Assembly: GCA_944391715.1 (NCBI GenBank)
Contig: CALXUP010000006.1
Coordinates: 1,895-65,894 of the forward strand
Reading direction: 5' to 3'
Origin: an uncultured Alphaproteobacteria bacterium
Lineage (GTDB): Bacteria > Pseudomonadota > Alphaproteobacteria > RF32 > CAG-239
Length of the DNA: 64,000 nucleotides
This document shows, in pieces, positions 36,163 to 47,100 of this stretch. Numbering within the stretch: the first letter of the stretch is position 1; each line of letters opens with the position of its first letter. The position numbers and the translations under genes are program-made. The notes beneath the pieces are model-generated. The model worked only from the letters and a program-made list of their open reading frames with translations. It searched no databases and was not told the DNA's origin.

Positions 36163-36516
36163 TTTCCCCTCTGGCTTTCTCTGGAATAAATCTATTCTTT
36201 AAAAGAATAATAGTCAAATACTTTACAAAAGATATAAACAGCTTTTCCGGCGCTTTCTGAGTGATAATTTTTGATAATAAAATGTAAGAAAAGCCGTCAA
36301 AGCGATACGGCAAAGGAGAGGACGCAGGGAAAGCGGGAGATGCCAAGCAACAGGGAAACAGGACTTATTATCTTTTGCCGAAAGCAGATTGCAGCGCCCA
36401 AAGCCAGAGTTTTTACGACCGGTGATTTTAGTGCAGGAAAGAAAAGCGGTTATTGCGTTCGGGGAAAGATGTTTAAAAACAAAAAAGCCTTGATTAACAT
36501 CAAGGTCTTTCAAAAG

Positions 36517-36602
36517 TGGTAGGGGTAGTCAGACTCGAACTGACACGGCCTGAGGCCACAAGATTTTGAGTCTAGCGCGTCTACCAGTTCCGCCATACCC
36601 CC
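36517..36602 (-). tRNA. tRNA-Leu (anticodon CAA)
   Basis: RNA: GGGGGUA-UG-GCGGAACUGGUAGACGC-G-CUAGA-CUCAAAA-UCUAG-long variable arm UGGGCCUCAGGCCGUG-UCAGUUCGAGUCUGAC-UACCCCU-A-CCA. The cloverleaf folds by eye with a 3-bp D stem and a long variable arm (class II). Anticodon loop CU-CAA-AA. Confidence 0.85.
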
Positions 36603-36719
36603 ATCAACTGGATGAATTAATAATATGTTTATTTCTGTTAGTCAACACTTTTTTTCATTTATTTTATCTGTTATTGTTTTTCTGACTTTATTTAACCTTT
36701 ATGCTTGAGGAAGTTGTTT

Positions 36720-37694
36720 ATGAAAATTCTGGTCATCGGCGGCGCCGGATATATCGGCAGCCATGTTGTTAAATCCCTGCTGTCTGCCCGGCACGAGGTT
36801 TGCGTTTATGATAATCTTTCGACCGGCTGCGCGCAGAATCTTTTTTCGGACGCCGGGTTTGTTCAGGGCGATATTCTGGATTATCCCGCCCTGCTCCGAG
36901 CGATGAAACAAAATATTGATGCCGTCGTTTTTCTGGCGGCAAAGAAAGCTGTCGGAGAATCGATGGAAAATCCGGGCAAATATGCCAACAACAATCTTAT
37001 CGGCGCCATTAATACCCTTAATGCCATGACCGAAACCGGCGTCGGAAAGATCATCTTTTCTTCCTCCGCAGCGGTTTACGGCCTGCCGGAATATCTGCCG
37101 GTTGACGAGCTGCACCCGACCGCGCCGATAAATTTTTATGGTTTTACCAAGCTTGATATGGAAAATTATATGAATTGGTATGACCGGCTGAAAGGTATTA
37201 AATTTATTTCGCTGCGCTATTTTAACGCCGTCGGTTATGATGAGGAAGGCGCCGTTAAGGGACTTGAAAAAAATCCGCAGAACCTTTTGCCGATTATTAT
37301 GGAAGCGGCTTGCGGCATTCGGAAAAAGGTGATGATTTTCGGCAATGATTATAATACCCGCGACGGAACCTGCATCCGCGATTATATTCACGTATCCGAT
37401 CTGGCCGGAGCTCATTTGAAGGCTTTGGAATATTTGCAGAAAAGCAATCAGAGCCAGATTTTTAACCTGGGGACGGAAAACGGCGTCAGCGTTCTGGAGA
37501 TGATTTTGAAAGCGCGCGAGATTACCGGGAAAGAGATTCCCTATGAATTTGCCGGACGACGCGCCGGGGATCCGGCCGTTTTGCTCGCCTCGGCCCAAAA
37601 GGCGCAAAAGCTCCTCGGCTGGTCAGCCGTTCACAGCGATTTGGAAAATATTATCGACTCCACCTGGAAGCTTTACAAACCTTCCGCGATATAA
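36720..37694 (+). CDS. galE: UDP-glucose 4-epimerase
   Basis: MKILVIGGAGYIGSH (NAD-binding GxxGxxG), then the YxxxK region in ...YGFTKLDMEN.... 324 aa. Confidence 0.85.
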   Translation: MKILVIGGAGYIGSHVVKSLLSARHEVCVYDNLSTGCAQNLFSDAGFVQGDILDYPALLRAMKQNIDAVVFLAAKKAVGESMENPGKYANNNLIGAINTLNAMTETGVGKIIFSSSAAVYGLPEYLPVDELHPTAPINFYGFTKLDMENYMNWYDRLKGIKFISLRYFNAVGYDEEGAVKGLEKNPQNLLPIIMEAACGIRKKVMIFGNDYNTRDGTCIRDYIHVSDLAGAHLKALEYLQKSNQSQIFNLGTENGVSVLEMILKAREITGKEIPYEFAGRRAGDPAVLLASAQKAQKLLGWSAVHSDLENIIDSTWKLYKPSAI

Positions 37695-37777
37695 TAATTT
37701 TATCTATGTGGACTTTTTTGTTAATATTTGGTTAATATATTAATGATGTTACTTAACCCTTTTGAAGGAGGAGAAGT

Positions 37778-37969
37778 ATGCAGAGAATAAATATAGCCAA
37801 TTATTTAATCGGGGAAATGTCTAACGGGCTGACAACATCTCCCAATATCCGGCACCGCCAGATTATTGACACGCTGGTCGACAACTGGGAGAAAAACCGT
37901 TATCCGGTTCCCGGGCATTCTTCTGCCGAGAGCAAAATTATTTTTAACAAATTCAAACATATCGGATAA
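37778..37969 (+). CDS. hypothetical small protein
   Basis: RBS ggaggag 6 nt upstream. 63 aa. Confidence 0.4.
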   Translation: MQRINIANYLIGEMSNGLTTSPNIRHRQIIDTLVDNWEKNRYPVPGHSSAESKIIFNKFKHIG

Positions 37970-37982
37970 GGACTGACATCTC

Positions 37983-38672
37983 ATGACAAAAATTCTGAAC
38001 CGCGGCGGCGTTGACATTACTTTTCTCGGCCACAGCGGTTTTATCTTTGAAAAAGACGGACACAAAATCGCCGTTGATCCTTTTTTGACCAATGCGCCAA
38101 TGGCTACCCGAAAAGCCGAAGACATCAGCGTTGACGATATTCTGGTAACGCACGGGCATGCCGACCATATCGGTGATTCCATAAGCATTGCCCAAAAGAA
38201 CGACATTACGATTACCACAACTTTTGAAGTCGCGCGTTATTGCCAGAGCCAGGGAGCAAAAGCCTTCGGCGTTCCGGTCGGCGTTGAACAGCTTTTTTCC
38301 TGGGGAAAGGCAATTTTCCGCCCGGCCGTGCATTGCGGGCTGCTGCCGGACAATACGCCTTTTAACATTGCAACCGGCATCATCTTTGATTTTGGCAGCA
38401 TTAAAATCTATCATATGGGCGATACGGCCATTAACCTTGATTTTAAGCTGGTTAAAGAAATTTACAAGCCGGATATGGCACTCATTCCCATCGGCGGCCG
38501 CGTCAATATGGATATTGAACAAGCAGCTCTGGCAGCAGAATGGCTGGGCGTTAAAACCGTTGTACCCATTCATTATGACCTGTTCACGCAAGGCCCCGTT
38601 AATCCGCAGGATTTTCAAAAACGGCTTGCCGAAAAGAACAGCGGTATTGAGTGTGTTATTATGGAGCCGTAA
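37983..38672 (+). CDS. metal-dependent hydrolase, MBL fold (UPF0173 family)
   Basis: HGHADHIGD motif (HxHxDH), 229 aa. Typical UPF0173 layout. Confidence 0.8.
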   Translation: MTKILNRGGVDITFLGHSGFIFEKDGHKIAVDPFLTNAPMATRKAEDISVDDILVTHGHADHIGDSISIAQKNDITITTTFEVARYCQSQGAKAFGVPVGVEQLFSWGKAIFRPAVHCGLLPDNTPFNIATGIIFDFGSIKIYHMGDTAINLDFKLVKEIYKPDMALIPIGGRVNMDIEQAALAAEWLGVKTVVPIHYDLFTQGPVNPQDFQKRLAEKNSGIECVIMEP

Positions 38673-38892
38673 GTTCCGAATCGGATTGAAAGACTTTTTA
38701 AGAAGGATATTTTTTTGCGAAAGTTTGCTATATATATGAAATAATTAAAAAATTTCAAGTTTGTCAGTGCACCTATTTTTCGTTTACGGGTATCGAATTT
38801 TACCTACTACCCAGATAAAAAATTTGCTGCTAACATTCTTGTCGAGGACTGAATATTAGTTATCCACAAAAAAAATTAATTTGGAGGCAATA

Positions 38893-39114
38893 ATGAGACA
38901 TCTTAACGAAGAGACTGCAGCGACTTATGACCTGATTAACAACAATGCCGTTTTAATCAGCAAAATACATCAAAGTTTTGAAGCGCTTGAAGAGGCTTTG
39001 GGAATGTTAAAACTGGAAGAGCCGCTGTTTCTGACATATATTGCCAAAAAGTCTTTTGCAAAAGCCGTTTGCAACAATATCCAAAACACTACCGAGGAAT
39101 ACAAAATAAATTAA
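38893..39114 (+). CDS. hypothetical small protein
   Basis: RBS ggagg + ATG (MRHLNEE...). 73 aa. Followed by a terminator. Confidence 0.4.
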   Translation: MRHLNEETAATYDLINNNAVLISKIHQSFEALEEALGMLKLEEPLFLTYIAKKSFAKAVCNNIQNTTEEYKIN

Positions 39115-39127
39115 AGCTCCGAGACAA

Positions 39128-39150
39128 AAGCCCCTGTTTTCAGGGGCTTT
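39128..39150 (+). terminator. rho-independent terminator-like hairpin
   Basis: aaagcccctg-tttt-caggggcttt. Confidence 0.5.
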
Positions 39151-39476
39151 CATTTATACCCAAGACAGGAAACAAACATTGAAGAACAAAAGATTTGACC
39201 GTTTGAGGGCAAAAAGCTCCCTTCACCCGGATGTTATTTTTTATAAACAGCCGCCCCGGCTTTTACATCAGGACGTTTTTCCTTTTTCTCCCTTTCTTCC
39301 CGATACGCCGCCTTCTCCGCCTTTTCCCGATACCCGAATTTTTTACAAGCCCCGATACAGAAAATCTCTGCGCAAAGTTTACAAAGTCTGTCTGATACTG
39401 TCTTGGCTTTGTTTCTAAAAAACAAAATGCCGGCAAACGCGGCATTTTGTATTAAAGAAATTTCGTATTCTTAAAC

Positions 39477-40865
39477 TCAGGCAATTTTCCAAGTCGTGCC
39501 GGAGGGGCCGTCTTCCAGCAGAATGCCCTGCTCCTTCAAGTCATTGCGGATTTTATCCGCCAGAGCATAGTCTTTGTTCTTTTTGGCGGCAAGGCGTTCG
39601 GCGATTTTGGCCTCGATGGCTTTTTCATCCAAAGCCGATGCGTTCTCCCCTCCTTTGAACCAAACTTCCGGCTGCTGCCACAACAGGCCCAGCAGATCAG
39701 CGCCCGCCAACAATTGCGACTTATATTTTTGCTTATCTTCTGTTGTTTCAGCCTTGTTCAGGTTGTTGACAATCTCGTGCAGATAGGAAATTGCCAGCGG
39801 CGTGTTCAGGTCATCGGCCAGCGCTTCCAGTACCCGGGCATCCGGCTCAACACTTTTATCAACTTCAACAGCGGCATTTTTCAGCAGCGCATTATAGAAT
39901 TTATCCAAAGTCGCTTTGGCCTGGTTTAAGCCCTCAAAAGTAAAATTGAACGGCTGGTGATAATGTCCGCTCAAAAACAGCAGACGCAATGCCTCGGCCG
40001 GGTATTTGGCCAAAATCTCGTCAACGATATAAAAATTGCCCAGCGATTTTGACATTTTAACGCCGTCCACCATCAACATACCGGCATGGATCCAGTAATG
40101 GGCAAATTTTGAGCCCTCAAAAGCGCAGCAAGACTGAGCGCATTCGTTTTCATGATGCGGGAAGATCAGATCTGAACCACCGCCGTGAATATCAAAATCG
40201 TTGCCCAGCAGTTTGGAGCTCATTGCCGAGCATTCCAAGTGCCATCCCGGCCGTCCGTAGCCCCAGGGGCTGTCCCAACCCGGCTGGTCGGCATCGGAAG
40301 GTTTCCACAAAACAAAATCCGCCGGGTTCTTTTTATAATCGGCAACATCAATCCGGGCTCCGGCGAGCATTTCCTTCATGGAACGGCCGGATAAAAATCC
40401 GTAATTTGGCATGGAATCAACACTAAAAAGCACATGGCCGGCGGCTTCATAAGCATGTCCATTGGCAAGCAGGCGTTTGACCAGTTCTATCATCTCGCCG
40501 ATATATTCCGTTGCCCGGGGACGAAAGTTCGGATCCAGAACGTTCAGCCTTTTCATATCATCCAGATACCACTGATAGGTTTGTTCGGTAATTTCGCGTA
40601 TCGGCTTGCCGGTTTCTTTATGTTTGTTTAAAATCTTGTCATCAACATCCGTAATATTGGAAACATAGGTAACGTGTTCTGCTCCGTAAACGGCACGCAG
40701 CAGGCGGTACCAAACGTCAAAGACAACGGAGGTTTTGGCGTTTCCGAGGTGGGCTTTATCATAAACCGTCGGTCCACAGACATACATCCGCACGTTATTG
40801 GCATCAATGGGAACAAACTCCTCCTTGCGGCGGCTAACGGTATTGTGCAGATATATTTTAGTCAT
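39477..40865 (-). CDS. cysS: cysteine--tRNA ligase
   Basis: HLGNAKT (HIGH motif) near the N-terminus, KMSKS motif (VKMSKSLGN), Zn-binding cysteines. 462 aa. Confidence 0.9.
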   Translation of the reverse strand: MTKIYLHNTVSRRKEEFVPIDANNVRMYVCGPTVYDKAHLGNAKTSVVFDVWYRLLRAVYGAEHVTYVSNITDVDDKILNKHKETGKPIREITEQTYQWYLDDMKRLNVLDPNFRPRATEYIGEMIELVKRLLANGHAYEAAGHVLFSVDSMPNYGFLSGRSMKEMLAGARIDVADYKKNPADFVLWKPSDADQPGWDSPWGYGRPGWHLECSAMSSKLLGNDFDIHGGGSDLIFPHHENECAQSCCAFEGSKFAHYWIHAGMLMVDGVKMSKSLGNFYIVDEILAKYPAEALRLLFLSGHYHQPFNFTFEGLNQAKATLDKFYNALLKNAAVEVDKSVEPDARVLEALADDLNTPLAISYLHEIVNNLNKAETTEDKQKYKSQLLAGADLLGLLWQQPEVWFKGGENASALDEKAIEAKIAERLAAKKNKDYALADKIRNDLKEQGILLEDGPSGTTWKIA

Positions 40866-40939
40866 AATTATCCTCCTCTTTAAAACATGAAAGAGATAAT
40901 AATCTTATATCTGAGGAAATTCAACAGCTTTTTTTGACT

Positions 40940-41641
40940 TTACCCGGGCAAAGCGACCGGCAGGACATTTCCGGCAGACGGAGGTTCTGCATTTTCCAGC
41001 TGTAACTGGTTATTTTTTTCATTTGATTTGGTGATGGTTTCCAAATCTTCCAAAAACCATTCGGGATCGGAATCCGCCTCTTGCATCATTTGATAAAAAC
41101 GGCTGCGATAGGACAATATCAGACTGCTCTCGCCCAATGTGATATCAATAATTTTTATCTCTTTTTCTTTCTGCTGCAGACGAAAAGCAACGGTTACGGT
41201 TGTCTCGACATCGCCTTTTTCTTTTGGGGCCAGAGTGATGGTCGTCCAGACATCAGTATAATTCTCACGGCCGTCAACGCTGTTTACCTTAAAAGAAAGA
41301 CGGTTATCAAAGTTTAACGGAAAGCCTTTATATAGCGACAAGGCGTATCTTTTAAACAACGGCATATAACGCTTTTGCTGTGATTCATCCAGCGTTTTCC
41401 AATATTTTCCCAGCACAAATTTGCCGACGTAATCCAAGTCGACGTATTCTAAAAACAACGTATCCAGTTGCCGATATTTGGCAGCGAGGTCTTTTTCATT
41501 AAACGTATTGAGCAAAATTCCGCCTTTTTCCCGCACCCAGCCGGTGGCCGTTTTATCATCTATCGGTGCAGCACAAAGCGGTGCAGAAATCAGTATTGCA
41601 AAACAGAGGATAATAAGTTGCAAAAAATGGTTACGTTTCAT
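40940..41641 (-). CDS. mlaC: phospholipid-binding periplasmic protein MlaC/Ttg2D family
   Basis: Signal peptide MKRNHFLQLIILCFAILISAPLCAA. Body ...FLEYVDLDYVGKFVLGKYWKTL...YMPLFKRYALSLY is typical of the Tol_Tol_Ttg2 family. Confidence 0.65.
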   Translation of the reverse strand: MKRNHFLQLIILCFAILISAPLCAAPIDDKTATGWVREKGGILLNTFNEKDLAAKYRQLDTLFLEYVDLDYVGKFVLGKYWKTLDESQQKRYMPLFKRYALSLYKGFPLNFDNRLSFKVNSVDGRENYTDVWTTITLAPKEKGDVETTVTVAFRLQQKEKEIKIIDITLGESSLILSYRSRFYQMMQEADSDPEWFLEDLETITKSNEKNNQLQLENAEPPSAGNVLPVALPG

Positions 41642-41700
41642 AAAAAAATGCCTTATAGTTATTTTGCCTGATATTATAATATAGCACATTGGTTAACAAA

Positions 41701-42714
41701 ATGAAACTGAAATACGCACTTTTAATTTTGACACTGTTATTTTCCGCGCAGACTTCTTATGCGGAAGATGCCGGGCTGCGCTATATTAAATCGCACGGCG
41801 CCGTACGCTGCGGTACAACGCTGTACAGCAGGGCTTTTGCTTATCGCGACGATGAAAAACAATGGCAAGGCTTTGACGCCGAACTTTGCAAAATCTTTGC
41901 ATCCACAATTTTTGGCAATGAAAAATATTTTGAACTGGTCAACGTGCCGCAATCTGAGGCAGCATCCGCGCTGCAAAGCGGAAAAGTCGACGTTATGCTC
42001 GGCAATACGCCCTATTCCGCCTCTCTGGACATTTCCCGCAGAATCGTTCCGGCCGGGCTTTTGTATTTTGACCGACAGATGTTTGCGGCAAGAGACCCCG
42101 GCGATGCAACCTCCATGCTCGATTTTAAAGGGAAAACCGTTTGTTCCGTTAACAACTCCGAAGAATTATACAATCTTGAACTCTACAACAAACAATACAA
42201 TCTTAAGCTCAAGGTTATCAAATTTCCCAGCCAGCAAAAAGCCAAAGAAGCTTTTATGCTGAACCGCTGCGTCTTACTGACCGGCAATGAAGCTTTTTTG
42301 AGGTCCGCCGTTTATGACCAGAAGAAAACAAAACTTGCCGTCCTGCCGGAAATTATTACCGCAAAACCGGTATATGCTTATGTCAGCCGCGAAAACACCC
42401 GGCTGCAGAGCATTATCAGCTGGATTATCAACAACTTGTATCTGGCCGAGGAATATGGTATTACCTCAAACAACGTAGAAATTCTTGACAATGCGCAGGA
42501 CAAGTCAATCCGTAATATGCTCGGGCTTGACCCGAAACTTTGGCGGGCTTTTGAAATGTCCCCTAAAGGTTTTCGGAATGCCCTGAAGCGATACGGCAAT
42601 TATGCGGATATTTATAAACGAACTCTGGGAGAAGATTCCGGGCTGAATATCCAACGGGTTACCGGCAGTCTGAGTTCGGACGGCGGCGTGGTTATCCCCT
42701 ATCCTTTTCTCTGA
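41701..42714 (+). CDS. amino-acid ABC transporter substrate-binding protein (family 3 SBP, AapJ-like)
   Basis: Signal peptide MKLKYALLILTLLFSAQTSYA. GFDAELCK and KVDVMLGN motifs of polar amino-acid SBPs. Confidence 0.7.
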   Translation: MKLKYALLILTLLFSAQTSYAEDAGLRYIKSHGAVRCGTTLYSRAFAYRDDEKQWQGFDAELCKIFASTIFGNEKYFELVNVPQSEAASALQSGKVDVMLGNTPYSASLDISRRIVPAGLLYFDRQMFAARDPGDATSMLDFKGKTVCSVNNSEELYNLELYNKQYNLKLKVIKFPSQQKAKEAFMLNRCVLLTGNEAFLRSAVYDQKKTKLAVLPEIITAKPVYAYVSRENTRLQSIISWIINNLYLAEEYGITSNNVEILDNAQDKSIRNMLGLDPKLWRAFEMSPKGFRNALKRYGNYADIYKRTLGEDSGLNIQRVTGSLSSDGGVVIPYPFL

Positions 42715-42721
42715 CAGATAT

Positions 42722-43426
42722 TCAGACTGCCTTTTGTTTTACGCCGCGGCGCATAATATACCGCAAGGCCTGTTCCAGCCCGTCTTCCGTCACCATATGG
42801 CGCCCATCTTCCACAACATAAGTCGAAACGCTGCAGCCCATTTGCTCCAAAAGACTGCGTGTAAAACCCAACGCTTCAAAACGCACCAGATTGTCGGCGT
42901 TGCCGTGAATGAGAAGGACATCCGGCGTGCTTTTATGATGTTTCAGCAAATAGGTATGCGGCGTTAAAATACCGCTGAAACTGATGCAGCCGCCGATTGT
43001 TTCTTCGTGCTGCAAAGCGTAATACAAAGCCAGCATTGCCCCTTGCGAAAAACCGCAAAGATAAAGGTCTTTTGCCTCCAGGCCATACATATTAAGCCGT
43101 TCTTCAATATATTCGTTCAGATAAGAGTAAGCTTCTGCCAGTCCTTGTCCCATACGGTCATAAATGGCAACACATTCTTCCATTGTCGGCACAAATTTGC
43201 GGGCATCGTCAGGGTCAAAACGATGCATGGAATACCATTGGCGTTTATTTTCGTGAACTTCACAAATGACCGGAGCCTGCGGAATATGAACCGCGGCATT
43301 GTCCAACCCGTCGACAAGAAGGTTTATTTTTCGATCAAGCGCAGGAGCACTGTCTATATAACCGTGCAGAAAGACAACCAGCTTTTGAGGCTGGCCTTTG
43401 ATATGGACAATCTCTTCAGTTATCAT
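42722..43426 (-). CDS. phospholipase/carboxylesterase-family alpha/beta hydrolase
   Basis: Nucleophile elbow GFSQGAM, LVVFLHGY start, conserved Asp/His region (IHGNADNLV). 234 aa. Confidence 0.7.
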   Translation of the reverse strand: MITEEIVHIKGQPQKLVVFLHGYIDSAPALDRKINLLVDGLDNAAVHIPQAPVICEVHENKRQWYSMHRFDPDDARKFVPTMEECVAIYDRMGQGLAEAYSYLNEYIEERLNMYGLEAKDLYLCGFSQGAMLALYYALQHEETIGGCISFSGILTPHTYLLKHHKSTPDVLLIHGNADNLVRFEALGFTRSLLEQMGCSVSTYVVEDGRHMVTEDGLEQALRYIMRRGVKQKAV

Positions 43427-43647
43427 TATTCTTCACCTTTTTTATTGGGCCTTACGGCATTTATTTTTTTTGAAAGCCTGTCTAATTTAGCCGTTATCAC
43501 GACGACTTCCAGACTTACTTTCGTTTATAACCGTTAGTTTTTGAGCTTTCTGCCCACAAAGGCATATCGTCCCTTCTTTTTTCGCGCATATTATAATCGG
43601 GATTTCTTAAGAATGTTTTAATTGTTCGGAGCGTTTTGTTTTTGCGT

Positions 43648-44136
43648 TCAGAGCGGATATCTTTTCTGTTTGGCTGCTTTTTCTACTTCATTCAGCGCAC
43701 TTTCCACATTGCCGGAAAAATCCATTTCCGTTCCGTCATCCAAACGGCAGCGGCTGTCAAACGAATCGTAAAGGCAATAAGGCGTTGAAAACCACTTTTT
43801 GTAAATCACACTGTCGTCAATATGAATATCAATGTCGTGTTCCTTACAATACCGGGCTTTGGCACTGTCCCATAATTTGTCTTCCACATGGAACTTATTA
43901 TCCGATATATGCTGTACTTTATTCAATGCCTCGTAAAAATCGAGTATGGCAAAAATCGTGGTATAGGCAATTTTCCAATCATCCAGCATTTTGCAGACCA
44001 CATCAGCCGGGCCGCCCGTTATCACATGAATTTCCCAGCCACGTTTTACGGCCTCTTGACTAAACGCGCTGAAAAAATGAGGATTGGCTGTAATTACGCC
44101 GTGAAAATCAATCCCGATTTTCAGCCTATTTGGCAT
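43648..44136 (-). CDS. hypothetical protein (possible nucleotidase/HAD-like fold, uncertain)
   Basis: ~162 aa from MPNRLKIGIDFHGVIT.... Start overlaps the asmA stop. Confidence 0.4.
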   Translation of the reverse strand: MPNRLKIGIDFHGVITANPHFFSAFSQEAVKRGWEIHVITGGPADVVCKMLDDWKIAYTTIFAILDFYEALNKVQHISDNKFHVEDKLWDSAKARYCKEHDIDIHIDDSVIYKKWFSTPYCLYDSFDSRCRLDDGTEMDFSGNVESALNEVEKAAKQKRYPL

Positions 44137-47100
44137 TGCTTTCTCCAAAAACGGAAGACAACATATCTTTTAATGAACTCGGACTCAGAGCCGAAAGAGG
44201 ATTCAGGCTGATTTGAGGATCTTCAATATTTCCTTTAATCTGATAATTGGCGGCAAAAACCGTTCCGTCTTTGCCGGAAAGCAGGCTGCCGACCAACGGA
44301 ATTTTACCAATCAGGCTGTTTAGGCTGTAAGCCGGAGCAACAACGCCTTTGATATCAATATCATCATAGTATAAATCATAGCTGCCGTTAGCAGTAATGC
44401 CTAAAACATTGCCGAAAGTTTTGGCTTCTTTAACAGATAATATCTGATCCGCATAGGTAAACGGCGCATCAAAATGCGAGAATTTTATGCCTTCACCGGT
44501 CAACAAATTTACCATTCCTGAAAAAGAGGCAACCGTCAGCAATTTTGCCAAAACCGGCGTATTATGTACACTGAAATCCCGAATTTTGGCATGACCGATA
44601 AAATCTTTATTTTTATCACGCCGGGCACTAATGGTTAACCGTCCTCCTTGCATATTATCATAAAAGCGCAGAAATTTCAGCGTATTTCCGGCATCATTGC
44701 TGTCAATATCCAGCATAAATTCTTTATTGGCATGCGGCACATAATTCAAACGCAGATAAGAATGGGGTGAAGACGTAAAGTTTCCGACCAGATGCATTTC
44801 TTTGATACCGGTTCCTTTGACCAGTTTGGCCGAACCAGCAAAATTTTTAATCATAGATTTCTCACTGGTCCAGAGATTGTTAACTGCAATGTTGATATCC
44901 GTATCGGTAACATCTTTCCATTTATCTTCATTTCTGGGGCGGGAAATGTTCTTGTTGCCTTTTATTTTCTTTGGCGTTTGAATGTCTTTTTCTTTGGGAA
45001 TAAAGAATGCTGAGAGGTCATAACTGGTGCCGGAAATATTGACCTTGATTTTTTCTTTCGGCTTATAGGCAAATTCGACTTTGGCTTTGGCCGCAGTTTT
45101 GGGCGCATGAATCCCGGAAATATCAACAGATGTTATTTTCTGATCTTTATTCAGTGCAATTTTTCCCTGAAGATTAAAATCAAACTTATCAAAGCTCAGA
45201 GACGGAATTGATGTTATTTTACCGTTGTTCACATCAATTTCGGCTTTTAACAGCGCTTTTTCTCCGAGTTTCTTATTTAACCCCAAAAATGAAAAATCCA
45301 ATTTGGCATTCGTTAATTCGGCATTTAAGTTTACCTTCATTTTATCTTGCGGATAAGAGGTGATTTCGGCCAAAACGTCTGCCGTTCCGTCAATATAAGG
45401 AGGATTCAAAATTTCATAATCTATTCCCCATTTTTCTTTAAAAGCTTTGTCATATAAGAAAGTCAGCTGATAGCGGCTATTATATTCTTTTTCTTTGTCA
45501 AAATTTTCGCTCCATATCAGTTTGAAGGGAGAATCATCCAGCGTAACATCACCCTCAATCAACATTCCTGCGTTGGTTACATCCATTTTTAACGCGTTGG
45601 CTTTTACGCTCTTGCCAGCAACAATATCTGGTATCACCACGTCTTTGAGTTCGGATTTTACTTTGACGTTCACATCGTCCGTCTCCAAGTCGTTGCGCAG
45701 CTCAAATTTAAGCTCCAAATCCGTTACTGCGTTTCCGTCAATCTCTTCCGGCTTTAATCCCATTTCGGAAGCAAAGCCGAGCGGTGGATTGTCAATCAGT
45801 TTTAAGGCATCGGTAATAGAACTTTCCGCAATAATTTTAATGTCAGCAAAGTTGTCTTCTTTATCCAGATCATATAGCAAAACCGAACCTCCGGTCATAA
45901 TAACGCCATTGGAAACACCCTTATCGACAACAACTTTTAACTCTTGGGAATCTATGCTAAACGTACCGTAAATGTCTTTAATATCCGGCATTCCGCGCAG
46001 ATAATTCAAGTTTACGCCGGCAGCATCTGCACGGCCTTTGAAATCTTTAAATGCGATTGACTTTTGTTCTTTATCGTAGGCAAAATCAACATTGAAACGG
46101 GCATTTTTTGCCATACCGCCGTACAGGCTGTCTTCACACCAAAGCCAGGCGTCTTCCGCCAGCGCACGCGGCCAAAGGTGATACAGATCATCAAATTTTA
46201 GTTCCGGGATATCCGCCTGAAAAGCAATTTTCAAATCTTCCGGCGATTGTTCAAGAAAATATTTTTTCAATCCGGTCAATTCAAGATTTAATATTGTTTT
46301 CTGGTTATCCAGATCAAATTTGGCATTTTTTATGCTGACCTTATCCAATCCGGCAGAAATATCGCCGTTCAAAATTACGGACGCAATATTGTATTTATAA
46401 TCTTCCCCTTCAGAGAATTGGATGCTGCCGTTGCCGCCTTCAAGCGAAAAAGTCATTTTTTCCAGCGCATCATCCAAACTTTTGGCCACATCATTTTTGT
46501 TTTTTAAGACATTGTGAAAATCAATCAGGGCATCTATTTTTCCGCTCAACGGCAAATTAACCTTGGCCAGCTGGGCAGCCAGTTCTTTATCCGGTAGGGA
46601 GGCGGCAAACTGCGACGGTACAATATCGGCAAAATAAAATTCCAACGCCACTTTTTCGCCCAATAGCTTATATTCCAAATCTAACCCGACGGAAGCCTGT
46701 TTGTCATCAAACTTCATCAGAGCGCTGATATCGGATTCAATAGAGGTAAAGTTGCGGGAAAAACGGTAGTTTAAATCGGAAAAAATCCATTTGCGCCCAA
46801 GGTCTACTTCGTGAAATTCCACCTCGGCATTGTTGATTTCTATGCCGTTTACATAGCTTTCCGTATAGGTCTCATCATCAGAATTGAACCGTTCGAGAAA
46901 ATCTTCAAAATAATCAAAATAAAAAGCAAGTTTTTTCTGGTTGGCGATATTTTTCTGTTCTTTTTTTACCCCGTAATCGGTAAAAATATAAATCCGAGGA
47001 TCGCTGACCTCAATATTGCTCGGCGCAATGACGCCGTGCAAAAGCGCCCTAATGCTGAATGAGACCGAGGTTTTCGGCGCATTGACGCTGAAACTTCCGT

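Larger units (their letters stand above)
8050..36516. mobile_element. defective or cryptic P22-like podovirus-type prophage adjacent to tRNA-Leu; no integrase or replication genes recognised; boundaries approximate
   Basis: Contiguous minus-strand block: terS, terL, portal, scaffold, capsid, virion proteins, tail needle/collar/fibre and spanins, plus a CI-like repressor. The tRNA 3' end abuts the right border. Many AT-rich moron genes. No tyrosine or serine recombinase among ORFs of 60 aa or longer. Confidence 0.7.

Noticed and set aside
36163-36516. Integrase remnant expected between the last phage gene and the tRNA 3' end (ORFs 36131..36346, 36223..36513)
   Set aside because: Their translations are low-complexity or basic and resemble no recombinase. 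They overlap each other and lack RBSs, so they are treated as non-coding.
39179-39425. ORFs 39179..39418 (plus strand) and 39234..39425 (minus strand) upstream of cysS
   Set aside because: They are mutually overlapping and Pro/Lys-rich low complexity. The region contains repeated cccgatac motifs and a bidirectional terminator (39427-39452). Treated as intergenic.
43427-43647. 220 bp intergenic region between the esterase and the hypothetical gene, as a possible small RNA
   Set aside because: No clear promoter-plus-terminator pair or conserved structure recognisable by eye. Insufficient evidence.
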